Assembly (NCBI GenBank): GCA_964016885.1
Contig: OZ024740.1
Coordinates: 274,164,001 to 274,228,000 of the forward strand
DNA from: Eledone cirrhosa
Taxonomy: Eukaryota
DNA: 64,000 nucleotides
Reading direction: 5' to 3'
Shown here piece by piece: positions 26,525 through 39,070 of this stretch (position 1 is its first letter; each line of letters opens with the position of its first letter). The translations under genes were made by a program, and so were the position numbers. The notes beneath the pieces were generated by a model. The model was not told the DNA's origin, ran no database searches, and saw only the letters and a list, made by a program, of their open reading frames with translations.

Positions 26525-26830
26525 CTCATCACATCGGTGCCGTAGTCTCGTATGACCTGGCAACCAGCTCCTTCCATCACTCTCGCCTCTCCATCTTCCT
26601 CTTGGTTGCACCTAGCCTCATGCCTGTCCATTCCGAGATGTTGTCCTCTCATCTCTTTCTCTGTCTGCCTATTTGCCTCTCTGCTTGTACTGTTCCATGC
26701 ATGACAGTCTTCGTAAGCCCTGAAGATCTTCTCAATTTCTCGTCTCATCTAAATTTGCGTTTATTTTTACGGTGGTCCGTAGTTGTTCGTAGGGTCTGAT
26801 GTCAAATTCTGTTTCGCACTTCCTCTTAGG
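26525..26830 (-). mobile_element. Decayed RTE 3' fragment
   Basis: Minus strand encodes a DNISEWTGM-like RTE C-terminal motif. Confidence 0.55.
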
Positions 26831-26895
26831 CGATGCGGTCTCTTAAAAATGTTAATAGCCGTGTTATAAAAGACCGATACCATGTAGATTATAAT

Positions 26896-26996
26896 TATTT
26901 CTACTTTTGGCACAAGGCCAGAAATTATCCCAGTGCATTACTGGTACTTTATTTTATCGACCCCGTAAGGATGAAAGGCAAAGTTAACCTCGGCGG
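26896..26996 (-). mobile_element. 5'-truncated SINE with 20-bp target-site duplication
   Basis: gataccatgtagattataat at 26876-26895 and 26997-27016. Confidence 0.9.
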
Positions 26997-27293
26997 GATA
27001 CCATGTAGATTATAATGAAAATGTATTAGAATAGAATTTTTTAGATTTTTATCTGCATTTTAAGCTAAACATCATCCGAGAAAAACACTTCTCTATTCTG
27101 TCCACCTTAGCCACGGGGCAGCCAGTCCACTGGGACCATGGGGTGGCCATCCACCGGGGTCATGGGGCGGCAAGTGCGCGGGCCCCAATTGGCTCATAAT
27201 AATGGGAGTTGGGGAGAGCGGGAGAGACGGAGGCAGTGACAGTGTGAGTTTGGTTCCCTTGTGTTCTGATCTTGTGTGTATATATATATATAT

Positions 27294-27376
27294 GGTCAGG
27301 TCACCAGTTGGTGCTACTGGTAACATGTATCCCAGTACAACCTGTCTCATGGTCGGGTCGTTGGCGACTAAACTGG
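27294..27376 (+). ncRNA. Candidate HDV-like ribozyme at the element 5' end
   Basis: P1 GGTCAG/CGGGTC (one mismatch), J1/2 hairpin accagt/actggt, P2 CCAGT/ACTGG, P3 ACC/GGT with loop TGTCTCAT, minimal P4, J4/2 CTAA. Confidence 0.5.
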
Positions 27377-27902
27377 CAACCCCACCAAGGTTTCTTGGTG
27401 AGGAGGGTGACTTTGGACATCCTGCAGGACTAAAAACAAAACCTGTCAAAGGGCAAAGGAGCTCTTAAGAGTCAATGGCCATCCAAAATCACCGGGAGAG
27501 ATGACCCCTTAGCCTTTGTCAAGGCAGAATTCTAGGAGAAGGAAAACTCTGATATAACACCTGCAACTCTGATGGTATCCAATGATGTTGACTTGTTCTT
27601 CTTTTTGGTAAATATCATCTTGGTTAAGAGAGTGGGACTGGCTTTGTGCAGTGCCTTTGCTCACTATAAAAGCTTCACGGCACAGGCATTGCTTTATATC
27701 TGGAGATCTCTCTGCACTTGTCGTTACATGGTACCATGGGCCCAGCACTATGTGTCAATAATTGTCACAAGTGTAGTGTTTGTACCAGAGTTTTCAAGTC
27801 GCTGGCTGGACTAAAAAGTCACACTCGTTCAGCGCATCGGTAGGGGTTCTCCTACATGGATATAAAGTAGTGGCCGTACTCGAAAACGAGTTGGCAGCCA
27901 CC
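27294..27902 (+). mobile_element. Non-autonomous bipartite RTE derivative (5' UTR + ORF C-terminal C2H2 finger + 3' end), between (TA)n tracts
   Basis: RTE 5'-UTR-like motif ctaggagaaggaaaactctga; CSVCTRVFKSLAGLKSHTRSAHR* at 27772-27843; 3' hairpin ctcg-aaaa-cgag. Confidence 0.7.
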
Positions 27903-27923
27903 ATATATATATATATATATATA

Positions 27924-28002
27924 CAGTGTGTGTCCCCTAAATACATACACACTTCAACAGCATTCTAATTAAAGTGTGTATACATTTTGTGGGGACACAC
28001 TA
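27924..28002. mobile_element. Tc1/mariner-type MITE
   Basis: Imperfect TIRs cagtgtgtgtcccctaaatacatacacactt / aagtgtgtatacattttgtggggacacacta in TA context. Confidence 0.7.
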
Positions 28003-28242
28003 TATATTTATTTACCGCACCACACACATTAATAGTTTACTCTTCACTTTAAATCCCATTTCTGCCTACAAAAGGTTGTTTTGGAATTTTGGTTACAATT
28101 ACATATTGTGATCCACTCTTTTATTAATTAGATGTTGTTTTACTCAGACCTGTCAACTCCCCCCGTTTGACGGGGTCATTTCCACCCACTTTGGTGTAGG
28201 TGACAGATGTCTTCTCTTGTGAAAATGGGTATAGCTTTCATT

Positions 28243-28472
28243 TTCAAATCCTGCCGAGGTTGACTTTGCCTTTCATCCTTACGGGGTCGATAAAATAAAG
28301 TACCAGTAATGCACTGGGTTATTGCTGGCCTTGTGCCTAAAGTAGAAACGACTATTAAACAGATTTCAAATCCCGTTGAAGTTAACTTTGCCTTTCATCC
28401 TTACGGGGTCGATAAAATAAAGTACCAGTAATGCACTGGGTAATTGCTGGCCTTGTGCCTAAAGTAGAAACT
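28243..28472 (+). mobile_element. Two tandem 5'-truncated SINEs
   Basis: Both begin at the B box (ttcaaatcc) and run to gtagaaac. Confidence 0.85.
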
Positions 28473-28779
28473 GTGATGTAAAATCTCTACATTCTGCCTC
28501 ATTTCTTCCCCATTTTCGGGCACCTCTTTCAATGGTTCTCCCCGTTTGGGTTTTTAGGGGTTGGCAGTTTTGTTTGTTTATTTTTTATATATTGTCATAT
28601 GTGTTTGTTTTGTTATTGTTGCCTTTATGCTACAGTTATTTTCATTGTCTTATTTAATTTTATATTTCTATATGTTTTTTTTTTTTTTTTTTTTCAAATT
28701 TATATCTTGCTACTATTATAGTTGCTGTTACAACAGTGGTTACTGTTATTAGAGTTTGTGTTATTGTCACTTATACTGT

Positions 28780-28916
28780 AGTTGTTGCTGTTGTTGATAT
28801 TCCTTTAGAAGCAGCAGTAGTAGCAGCAGCAGCAGCAGTAGAGTAGTAGTAGTAGTACTAGTAGTAGTAGTAGTAGTAGTGGCGGTGGTGGTGGTAGATA
28901 TAGCTGTAGTAGTAGC

Positions 28917-28973
<57 letters not shown>

Positions 28974-28995
28974 GGTGGTGGTGGTAGATATAGCT

Positions 28996-29035
<40 letters not shown>

Positions 29036-29375
29036 CAGTAGAGGTATTAGTAGTAGTGCTGGTCGTGGTGTTGGTGGTAGTAATAGTTGTAGTTGTTGTT
29101 GTTATTGTTGTTTTAAAATAAAGTGCAATCATGTGAAAATCATTTGCAATTAGTGGTGATTATCAAGGTAAATTGCTGCGATATTGTTGATGCAAGTAGA
29201 TGCAACTTTAACCTGCCTGCTGTAACAATTACTTCATTCAAATTGTACAGCTTTTATTTTAATAGCATTATTATCATTGTTGTCATTGTTGTTGTTGTTG
29301 TTGTTGTTGTCATTATTGTTGTTGTTGTTATTATTATTATTATTATTTTTATTATTATTATTATTATTATTATTA
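28780..29375. repeat. Compound trinucleotide microsatellites (TAG/GTG/GTT/ATT)
   Basis: Directly visible; source of the poly-T/V/L/I ORFs. Confidence 0.95.
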
Positions 29376-29479
29376 AATTTTTTTTATTGCAAATTCAGTT
29401 ATATTTCGTTTGTGTATGAGGATGTATGTGAATATTGGTGTGTATTGTATCTCTGTACGTGTCTATGTGTATATACTGT

Positions 29480-29493
29480 ATATATGTAGTGTG

Positions 29494-29530
<37 letters not shown>

Positions 29531-29699
29531 TGTATGTGTATATATATATATATATGTAGTGTGTATGTGTATATATATATATATATGTGTGTAGTGTGTA
29601 TGTGTATATATATATATATGTAGTGTGTATGTGTATATATCTATATATATATGTAGTGTGTATGTGTATATATACTGTATATATATATATGTAGTCTTA

Positions 29700-29738
<39 letters not shown>

Positions 29739-29780
29739 GTGTGTATGTGTATATATATATATATATGTAGTGTGTATGCG

Positions 29781-29846
<66 letters not shown>

Positions 29847-30361
29847 TGTATGTGTATATATATATATATATGTAGTGTGTATGTGTATATATATATATAT
29901 ATATGTAGTGTGTATGTGTATATATATAAATGTAGTGTGTATGTGTATATATATATATATATATGTAGTGTGAATGTGTATATATATATATATATGTAGT
30001 GTGTATGTGTATATATATATGTAGTGTGTATGTGTATATATATATATGTAGTGTGTATGTGTATATATATATGTAGTGTGTATGTGTATATATATATATA
30101 TATGTGTAGTGTGTATGTGTATATATATATATATATATATATGTAGTGTGTATGTGTATATATATATATATATGTAGTGTGTATGTGTATATATATATGT
30201 AGTGTGTATGTGTATATATATATATATATGTAGTGTGTATGTGTATATATATATATATGTAGTGTGTATGTGTATATATATATATATATGTAGTGTGTAT
30301 GTGTATATATATATATATATATATGTAGTATGTATGTCTATATATATATATATGTAGTGTG

Positions 30362-30398
<37 letters not shown>

Positions 30399-30400
30399 TG
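29480..30400. repeat. Compound minisatellite [GTAGTGTGTATGTG-(TA)n] x ~30
   Basis: Fixed 14-mer separated by variable-length TA runs. Confidence 0.95.
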
Positions 30401-30699
30401 TATTTTATATCTTCTGAATGAATGTTCAGCACTCTATCTATTTGATATGTGTGGGCATTTCCCTCAAGATTTGTGTATGTATATATCTATATGTATGCAT
30501 GTTTGTGTCTTTGTGCCTACATATTTATGAGTATTTGCCATAGAATGCGTGTATGTATGCATATATGCACACATAATTTTGTGTTTGTTTATCAGTTTTA
30601 CCTGCTTAATTATGCAGGTAATTATTGAGAACTTTTCCATTAGTACATCTGTAATGGTACCTGGAAATGTCATGTAAATGCATTACGCTCACATAATCT

Positions 30700-30709
30700 T
30701 GCTATCACT

Positions 30710-30749
<40 letters not shown>

Positions 30750-31200
30750 ACAATAACAACAATAATATGATCATGATCATCATGAACAACATCATCATCA
30801 TTGTCATCATCAACAACAGCAACAATAGGATCCCGATAATGATGGTGAACATCATCATCATCATCATCATCATTGCTGTCATCAACAGCACCATTACCAT
30901 CATGATCGTTAATGTCATCATTCTTGTCATTGTTGCTGTTCCATCGCCATTCCTATTGTAGCAGTTGTCCTCAATGCCATCATCAAGATAATCAACAACT
31001 ATTTCATTATCATCATCATCTTGTTCAGCATCATTATCTTCCTTCTCCTCATCATCATCATCAGTGCCATCTATATGATTCCTTATCTCTTCTCTCAGTA
31101 CTTCCATAACCACTACCACCATCACCACCTGAAACCACACAACTTTTACCACCAACACCATCACCTCCATCACATTTACAACTCCCATAACTACCGGAGT
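30700..31200. repeat. Degenerate (CAT/CAA/CAC)n tract
   Basis: Directly visible. Confidence 0.9.
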
Positions 31201-31436
31201 AATTGCTTTCAACTTCCAATACTAATACAACTTCTACTAATAATACTAAAAATACTACTTTACGTGTTCAAAACATTACTTAACACATAACTACCAACAG
31301 AATTACTATAACTAACCATGCAATTTTGGTATTCAAACTGGCTTTGTGCACTTTGAGTTCAAATGCCACTGAGGTCAAGTTTACTTTTATTCTTTCAAGG
31401 TCGTTAAATATACTACCAGTAAAGTACTTGGTCGCT

Positions 31437-31513
<77 letters not shown>

Positions 31514-31913
31514 TTGCTATCTCTGTCCCTCTCTCTTTCTTTCCAGCAGCATCTTAAGTCAGATGTTCCTTTTTGCCCTGTACCACCAGTGGTATTGCTT
31601 TTCTCTCTGTATCCATGATGGGGTCCAGCTCTGAATTGATTCTATGCTCTCTGAGAAAAATAAGGATCTGCATCTCTCTCTCATAACTGTAATTCCAAGC
31701 TCCAGCTTTGTTACTCTAATTCAGTTTGACAATATTAAAGGGTCACTCAGTGGCTACCTCATTAATGTTAGCAACATAGTAGCCTCTACACAGCTTTTCA
31801 AGATGCTAGAAACTGGAGCCAAATTTCCCTCAAATCACCCCCTACCATTGGAATATGTAGACATATCTTCCATGCACATAATGAAAAGCTTAGATTGTCA
31901 CATCTGGAATGTT

Positions 31914-32018
31914 TTTGATCATAAGCCTGTTTGATCATAAGCCTGTTTGATCATAAGCCTGTTTGATCATTAGCCTGTTTGATCATTAGCCTGTTTGATC
32001 ATAAGCCTGTTTGATCAT
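31914..32018. repeat. 16-bp tandem repeat TTTGATCAT(A/T)AGCCTG x ~6.5
   Basis: Directly visible. Confidence 0.95.
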
Positions 32019-33565
32019 GGATAGCCAAGGATTAAACAAAAGCAACAACAGCAGCAGCAGCAACAGCTATTCTAATTTAATTATTTCTTATGTCATCAGG
32101 AAAGGTTTTGTTTGTTTGACATGCTAGTATAAGAAGTTGCATTTATATCAAACCCCTTCTTATCATCTTAGAAAAGATGGACACATGAAAACATAGAACT
32201 GGATAACTAAAACGAGACGCCCATGCCTGGATTGCTTTGGTTGTACGTCTGCAAGGTCTGTGCTCCCCTGGAGCTAAAAAAAAGGGTATTGACAGATGAA
32301 ACTCTACATGGTCAATTGCCATACTAACAGCAAAAGTTCTCTTAAACAACACCTCACCATCTTAAAAAAAAACATTTTGTTCGAAGTACGATTTTTTGAT
32401 CTTAGCATTGATTCCACTTTAATACTATTTTAATCTTCACATCCTGGCCAGACTTGTCTCTCGATGCAGATGACATGTCTAACCCATTCAAGCATGGAAA
32501 AATGAATGTTAAACAGCGATGATGATGATGATGATGATGACATATACTCCATTTTGAAGGCCTATTGTTGTTAACCATGTACTGAAGGCCCTGTTTTCTT
32601 GTGATAGGAGGTGAAATAGGAACTGAATACAAAGAATGGAAATAGATATGTTATGTCCTTATGGATAAACGAATACACTGCAACAGTGTAATAATATAAT
32701 CGAAACAAACGGCAATAACCACACATAATGGAACAACAATCTTTTAAGAACCAACAATCCAACATGCTAACTCAAACTATGAACTTGAACTCTGACTTTG
32801 ACTATCAATACAAGAACTGTTAAACTAGTACCAACTCCCCCACTTACTCAGGCCATTACTATTTAAATGTAGTGGTCGAGCCCATTCTCGCCAGGGCGGT
32901 ATCATACTCTCACACAATAAGATACGACTAGGTGACACATTTGATGCTCTAACAACTCCACCTATCCTTCAGCTTAGCTTGGACTGGTATTTTACTTATT
33001 GATATTAAACAGATGAACAGTAAAATGAGATTTGAACTCAGAAAGCAGAGAATCAGAATTAATACTGTAATGCATTCTAATCAGTTGCTTTAACACCTCT
33101 GCCAATGTGTCCTTATAGCTGCAGTTTTAGAACTACAATAATGACCCCATACCTATTACCATTGTCATTATGCTTTCTTGTTCACCACCACCACTACCAC
33201 CACTGCCACCAAACCACCTACAACAACAACACTCTCATGCTCACCAACACATCCACAAACACCTTTTTTATTATCACCCCTCACTCCATATTAACCCGCT
33301 TCACTCACTCCCATTATTACATCATTGATGACTATTATTTATCATTGATGTAAAATGAAGGCATTTTCGTTTCTTTTTAATGTGTTTGCTATTTTGTTTT
33401 CAAATTTGTTTTGTACCATTTTTTCAATGTTCAATTTAGCTTTGAGTTTAACTCTCAGTAGGAAAGAAATAAAAAAAATTATAAGGCTGAGATCATATTC
33501 ATGAACATCATTAAAATAAGGGAGGTAATGAAGAGAGGGAGTTGATAATACTGCTAATAATAATA

Positions 33566-34710
33566 ATGGTTTCTGATTTAGGCACAAGGTCAGCAATGTG
33601 AGGGTGGGGAAAGTCGATTAAATCGATCCCAGTGCATTACTGGTACTTATTTTATTGACCCCATAAGGATGAAAGGCAAAACTAACCTCGCCAAAATTGG
33701 AACTCAGATAGTAAAGGGCCATGACTCTATGCTGTGAAGCATGGTGTCTGACGCTCTACCGATACTGCTCTCTGCTAATCATAATATAATAAAGAAAGAT
33801 TGCAGGAGGAAGGAGGCCCCTGAGGTGGGGTTGTTTTTGTAGCAGGTGTCACTGGCTATTGCCTGTTATAACACTTTTGCCATTTTGTCTGCAGGGCATG
33901 GATGAAGTAACGCTCAGCCTGGGTGTAGCAACTGTCCCTTTCCCTTTTTTTTGTTGCTTGATCCTTCTTTCATTTTCTGTTTCTCCTTTTGAATTTTTTC
34001 TTCCTTTTCTGTTCCCTTTAATAGTATGTTTTGATTTTCCAGGTTACTGCTCAATATGTACATGCTCTTTACATTGTTTAAAGAATGTTTCCATCATCCC
34101 ATTTGTAACTGGGACCATCTGGAATGATGTAAAATCTCTTCTAAAAGTACCTTTACAAATGTCATATGTGTTTAGGCAACAACTGCAAAATTCTCACTCG
34201 TATTACTTGAACATTTTTTATGCAAATCTTCTATGATGTACTTAATTATTTTTTTATATAGAGCCTCCACGATTGGTGATAGGAATATGAAAAGCTTTCT
34301 TTAAACCAGTACATGACCTGAATGCTTGCAACATAGTTAGCTACACTAAAAGTGCTCAAAGATGAAATGGTGATGTGAAATTGAGTGTAGGATTCAATTT
34401 AACACCTAAAACATTAGGGAGCAAACAGCTGCAACTAATGCCATAATGCATCTCATCTGACACTTACAATTCCACCATCTTGGACAGACATTTTATTTTA
34501 TCAAACCTAAAAGTATGAAATGAAATGTTGAGCTCTAGTGACTCCACCAATTTGTTTTCTATGAATAATTGTTTCTAATTTTGGCACAAAGACAGCAATT
34601 ATATATCACTGCATTAGTGGTACTTTATTTTATCGACCCCGTATGGATTAAAGGCAAAGTTAAACTCAGCAGGATTTGAACTCAGAATATAAAGGGACAT
34701 AACTCTATAT
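33566..34710 (-). mobile_element. Two SINE copies (~33566-33768, ~34566-34710)
   Basis: Reverse complement of SINE consensus. Confidence 0.8.
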
Positions 34711-34749
34711 ATAAGATATTTTACTCAAAGCCGACAACAGTAAAGAAGA

Positions 34750-36840
34750 ACAGATAGAGACATTCAATGTAGAAGAGTACTGGGAGTTCCTAAAAATAAC
34801 TTACTAGAGGCGACAGATGAGATTTGTGGCTGGAGTAAGACCACAGGCAGGAGGAGAGTGACTTGGTGGTGGAACAATAAAGTAGATGAGGCCAAGAGAC
34901 AGGCATGGAAAGAATGAAAGAATGGGGGGAGCAGGGTACATTACATAGAGACTGGGAGGGAAGCTAGGCGACAAGTATACTTAGCTAGGAGGGAAGCAGA
35001 GGATAGAAAATTCAAGCATGTTTTGCAACATGAGGACCAGAAACAGGTGTTCAAGATTGTGAGGCAGTGTGTCAGAGAGAATTGTGATGTCATTGGAGAG
35101 AAGTGTATCCAGAAGGATAAAGGTGAGCTTGCCCTCACAAGTGCTGAGAAGAAAGATGCGTGGAAGAGCTATTAAGATAGATTACTAAATGAGGAGAATG
35201 CATGGGAAGAAGAGACCCTACCCCAAGTAGACCCTATAGAGGGGGCGGCAGTACAAGTCAGCAGCAGCGTAGTAAGTAAAGCAATCAAAGATATGAAGAC
35301 GGGGAAGGCAACCGGTCCATCGGATATATCTGCCGAGATGCTGAAGGCATCTGGGTCGGTAGGTCACACTATAACCACACGTATTGTTAACCAGGTAATA
35401 CTAGAAGGTGTCATACCAAAGGATTGGTGCAGTAGCATCATTGTCAACTGTTACAAATGTAAAGGTGATGCACTAGATAGAGGAAACTATAGAGGTATAA
35501 CACTGATGGACCAGGTCATAAAAGTAACAGAAAGAGTTATAGCACATTTGATTAGAGACCGGGTGAAACTAGATGAGATGCAATTTGGGTTTGTACGAGG
35601 AAGAGGCACCACTGATGCCCTCTTCCTTGTGAGGCAGTTACAGGAAAAGCGCCTAGCTAAAAGTAAGCCACTCTACCTGGCATTCGTCAATCTCGAGAAA
35701 GCCTTTGACAGAGTTCCCCATGCTATAATCTGGTGGGCTCTTAGAAAACTAGGAGTAGATGAACGGCTTGTATAGGGGAGCAGTCAGCAAAGAGCCACAG
35801 GAAACAAGTACCACCAATCTCTGGGAGGGCTCTGTAGAAACAGTAGACAGCTTCTGCTACCTAGGTGACCGAATTAGCAGCGGAGGTGGGTGTTCAGAAA
35901 GTACAATAACTAGGGTAAGAACAGGATGGAAGAAGTTCAGGGAGTTACTGCCACTGCTAGCTGCAAAAGGCTTTTCCCTCAAAATGAAAAGCAGACTGTA
36001 TGATGCGTGTATACGAACAGCAATGTTACATGGGAGTGAGACCTGGCCGCTGAATGTGGAAGACTTGCGTAGATTAGAAGGAAATGTAGCCTGCATGCTC
36101 CGATGGATGTGTAATACTTAGCTAGGAGGGAAGCAGAGGATAGAAAATTCAAGCATGTTTTGCAACATGAGGACCAGAAACAGGTGTTCAAGATTGCGAA
36201 TGGCAAAGCATAAATGAATTGAGAGAGAGACTGAGCATAAGAGGAATCAAATGCTGTGTGCAGGAGAGGCGGTTGTGTTGGTATGGATATGTGATGCGTA
36301 TGAAGGATGACAGCTGCATAAAAAGGTGCAGAGCACTAGAAGTCGATGGAAACCGCGGAGTAGGGAGACCCAAGAAGACCTGGAATGAGATGATAAAAGC
36401 CGACCTTACCCAATTACACCTCTCAAAGGTGATGACACATGACTGTGACCTCTGGCGTCACGCAGTAATGCAGAATACCCGACCCCCCCCCCCCCACACA
36501 CACACACACACACTCCACCCCACGGGTACAAGCCAAAGCTGAAGCATATAGACGATATGCCCCCACACCCTCCCACTGAAAAGTTGTCATGGAGGTGCCA
36601 TGGCAAAAAAGCACCCAGCCTACACTGTAAAGTGGTTGTGTAGGTGCCACAGTAAAAAAGCACCCAGTACTCACTGTAAATGAGGTTGGTGTTAGAAAGG
36701 GTATCCAGCTGTAGAAATCAAGCCAGAATCAGTTCCCATATGAGCAAGACAATGTCAGCTGACTGGACACTGCCCACAACAGGACAACCCGTCTAACCCA
36801 TGCTAGCGTGGAAGAACGGATGTAAAACGGTGATGATGAT
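34750..36840 (+). mobile_element. RTE-clade LINE, internally deleted, long 3' UTR, (GAT)n tail
   Basis: GNYRGITLMD, QFGFVRGRGTTDA, FVNLEKAFDRVP, MLHGSETW, LCWYGYV; YADD/PHD segment missing at ~35770-35795. Confidence 0.9.
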
Positions 36841-36939
36841 ATATATATATGTATCATCATCTCTGTTTAACGTTTATTTTTCCAATATTTGTGTGTGTGT
36901 AATTATATATATATATATTTATTTATATATGTATATATG

Positions 36940-36998
<59 letters not shown>

Positions 36999-37001
<3 letters not shown>

Positions 37002-37202
37002 TGTCAGCTAAAAAGCTCATAGGCTGAAAAATTATAGGCTGACCAAGATACTCTTATGGCGAAATGAGGCTTATTTTTCAACATAGTCCCTGGAAAGAAA
37101 CATTGCAGTTATTAAGAAGAGTTGAAATTAATGCATGTAAGATTTCACAGCTCCAAACACTCCTTTATAGTGAGCCTATGAAATGTTCATTAGGTACCTT
37201 CA
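36999..37202. mobile_element. Mariner-like MITE remnant
   Basis: Imperfect inverted ends containing cataggct / agcctatg; internal ttatttttcaacatagtccc. Confidence 0.45.
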
Positions 37203-37230
37203 CTCTAATATTTCAATATCATAGTCATAT

Positions 37231-38022
37231 AATTGTTTCTACTTTTGGCACAAGGCCAGTAATTAACCAGTGTATTACTGATACTTTATTTTATCGACCC
37301 CGTAAGGATGAAAGGCAAAGTTAACCTTGGCAGGATTTGACCTTAGATTGGAAAGGGCTGTAACTCTCTGCGTCAAAGCATGGCGTCCGACCCTCTACTG
37401 ATACTGCCAATCATAGTCATATAATGTTATATGATCTATTGTAACAGATTTATTTGGTTTACTTGCCATCGGAGGTTTCTCTTTATTAATTGCAGTTAGT
37501 TGATTGATGACTTCTGCATTGTAATTTCAACACTAGTAATCTGTACAAAATCACTTGATCTAAAAAAAGCAAGACTTGTTCAACTTTGATGTCCTTTAGA
37601 TGAATTGTGATCTCATTGAAAGTTTCTTTTCTTTTCCAAATTCTGATTTATGATTGTTCATTCTCTAAACAAGAAACAGCTAGATAAATGATAACAGCAA
37701 TTATTATAATTCTAATACCAATGGTTTTTTGCTGTCTCACCGAATATGGGAGGTTATTTCATTAATCTGAGTATCATTAATATGTACATGAATATTTTGT
37801 GTATTATTATTACAAACACATTATTGATTATAACAAATTGGTGGATTGGGAGTATTGATAGAGCATTGGACAACATGCTTTGCAGCGTAAAGTTATGGCC
37901 CTTTACGTTCTGAGTTCAAATCCTGCTGAAGTTAGCTTTGACTTTCAACCGTTTGGGGTCAATAAAATAAAGCACCACCCACAAAATTGCTTGCCTTGTG
38001 CCTAAAGTAGAAACAATTATTA
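37231..38022. mobile_element. SINE copies: 37231-37410 (-, TSD atcatagtcatataat) and ~37840-38022 (+)
   Basis: Consensus match and direct flanking repeat. Confidence 0.85.
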
Positions 38023-38899
38023 TAGTCAACAATACATACATAATAATATCATAACTCTCTGTTTACATTCATGTATATGATAATAGTTATATAATCATTA
38101 TAGTAACACAAATGTCAATAAATATGGAAGACTCTGCTCATTAAATATCCTACAGTGCTATACAAATACACACACACACACATGCACACACCCGCAGACA
38201 CATACACACGCACACACACACACACTCACATACATATTCACACTCACATACACACAATTACACCTACTACATGAAATATACAATTATTCTAAGAAATTTG
38301 ATATTTCTTTTAATAGTGATATGCCACTTTAATTGTTGCTGTGTTTCTTACAAATGACCTTATTTAATGTTGATTTTGTTATCATTGCAGATTAAGGTTT
38401 CTCTCATGGGATCCTGGGATCCTGTTCTGTTTTAAACTATTTTAGATTTCTTGGAATATCTTTCTAGTCCCAGGAAATCCCATATTATCAACAACAAAAA
38501 AAATGTTATTTCCCTATACTTTGTATTAAGACTAAAATATCATTATAATATTATAATTATAAAACACTTTTTGTTGATTTTGAGTATTTTCATCTTTCCT
38601 TTTTAATTGATTACATGTGTACTGATACTTTCTCTATTTTCCAGTCTCAATCACATACAGTGCTGAGTAACTGCATTGCTTGGACCACTGCAGGATCCAT
38701 GTCCGTGTTCCATGTGTGCAATCTTAATATTTTCTTGTACTGAGACACTAATCTACTATATAATGACTATCAAGATAAAATTCATGTCACACTTGCCCTT
38801 TTTCTCTTTCCAGGTGTATTACTATGGATGAAAAGTGCTACAAGAAAAAAATACCATGAAAAAGCAAGATAGGAGGAGAATGTATGTATAATTTAAATA

Positions 38900-39070
38900 T
38901 AGGTAGTCATGAATGACCATGGGCTTTGAACCTAGAAGTTTCCGACCAAGCCACAAAGTCTGGGTAAGGTTATTTATGGAAGACAAGCTGTCACCCATGC
39001 AAACCAGTCTACCCTCTCCACGCCACCAATGTTATCCAAGGGAAAGGCAATAGCTGATACAGCTTGGCAC
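38900..39070 (-). mobile_element. RTE/BovB-like 5'-UTR fragment
   Basis: Minus gtgccaagctgtatc...ccttggataacattggtggcgtggagagg resembles RTE 5' UTRs (from recall). Confidence 0.4.

Noticed and set aside
27772-27843. Host C2H2 zinc-finger exon
   Set aside because: A single finger followed by a stop and an RTE-like 3' end within a (TA)-bounded element
29480-30400. CRISPR-like repeat/spacer pattern
   Set aside because: Spacers are only TA runs; eukaryotic context; no cas genes
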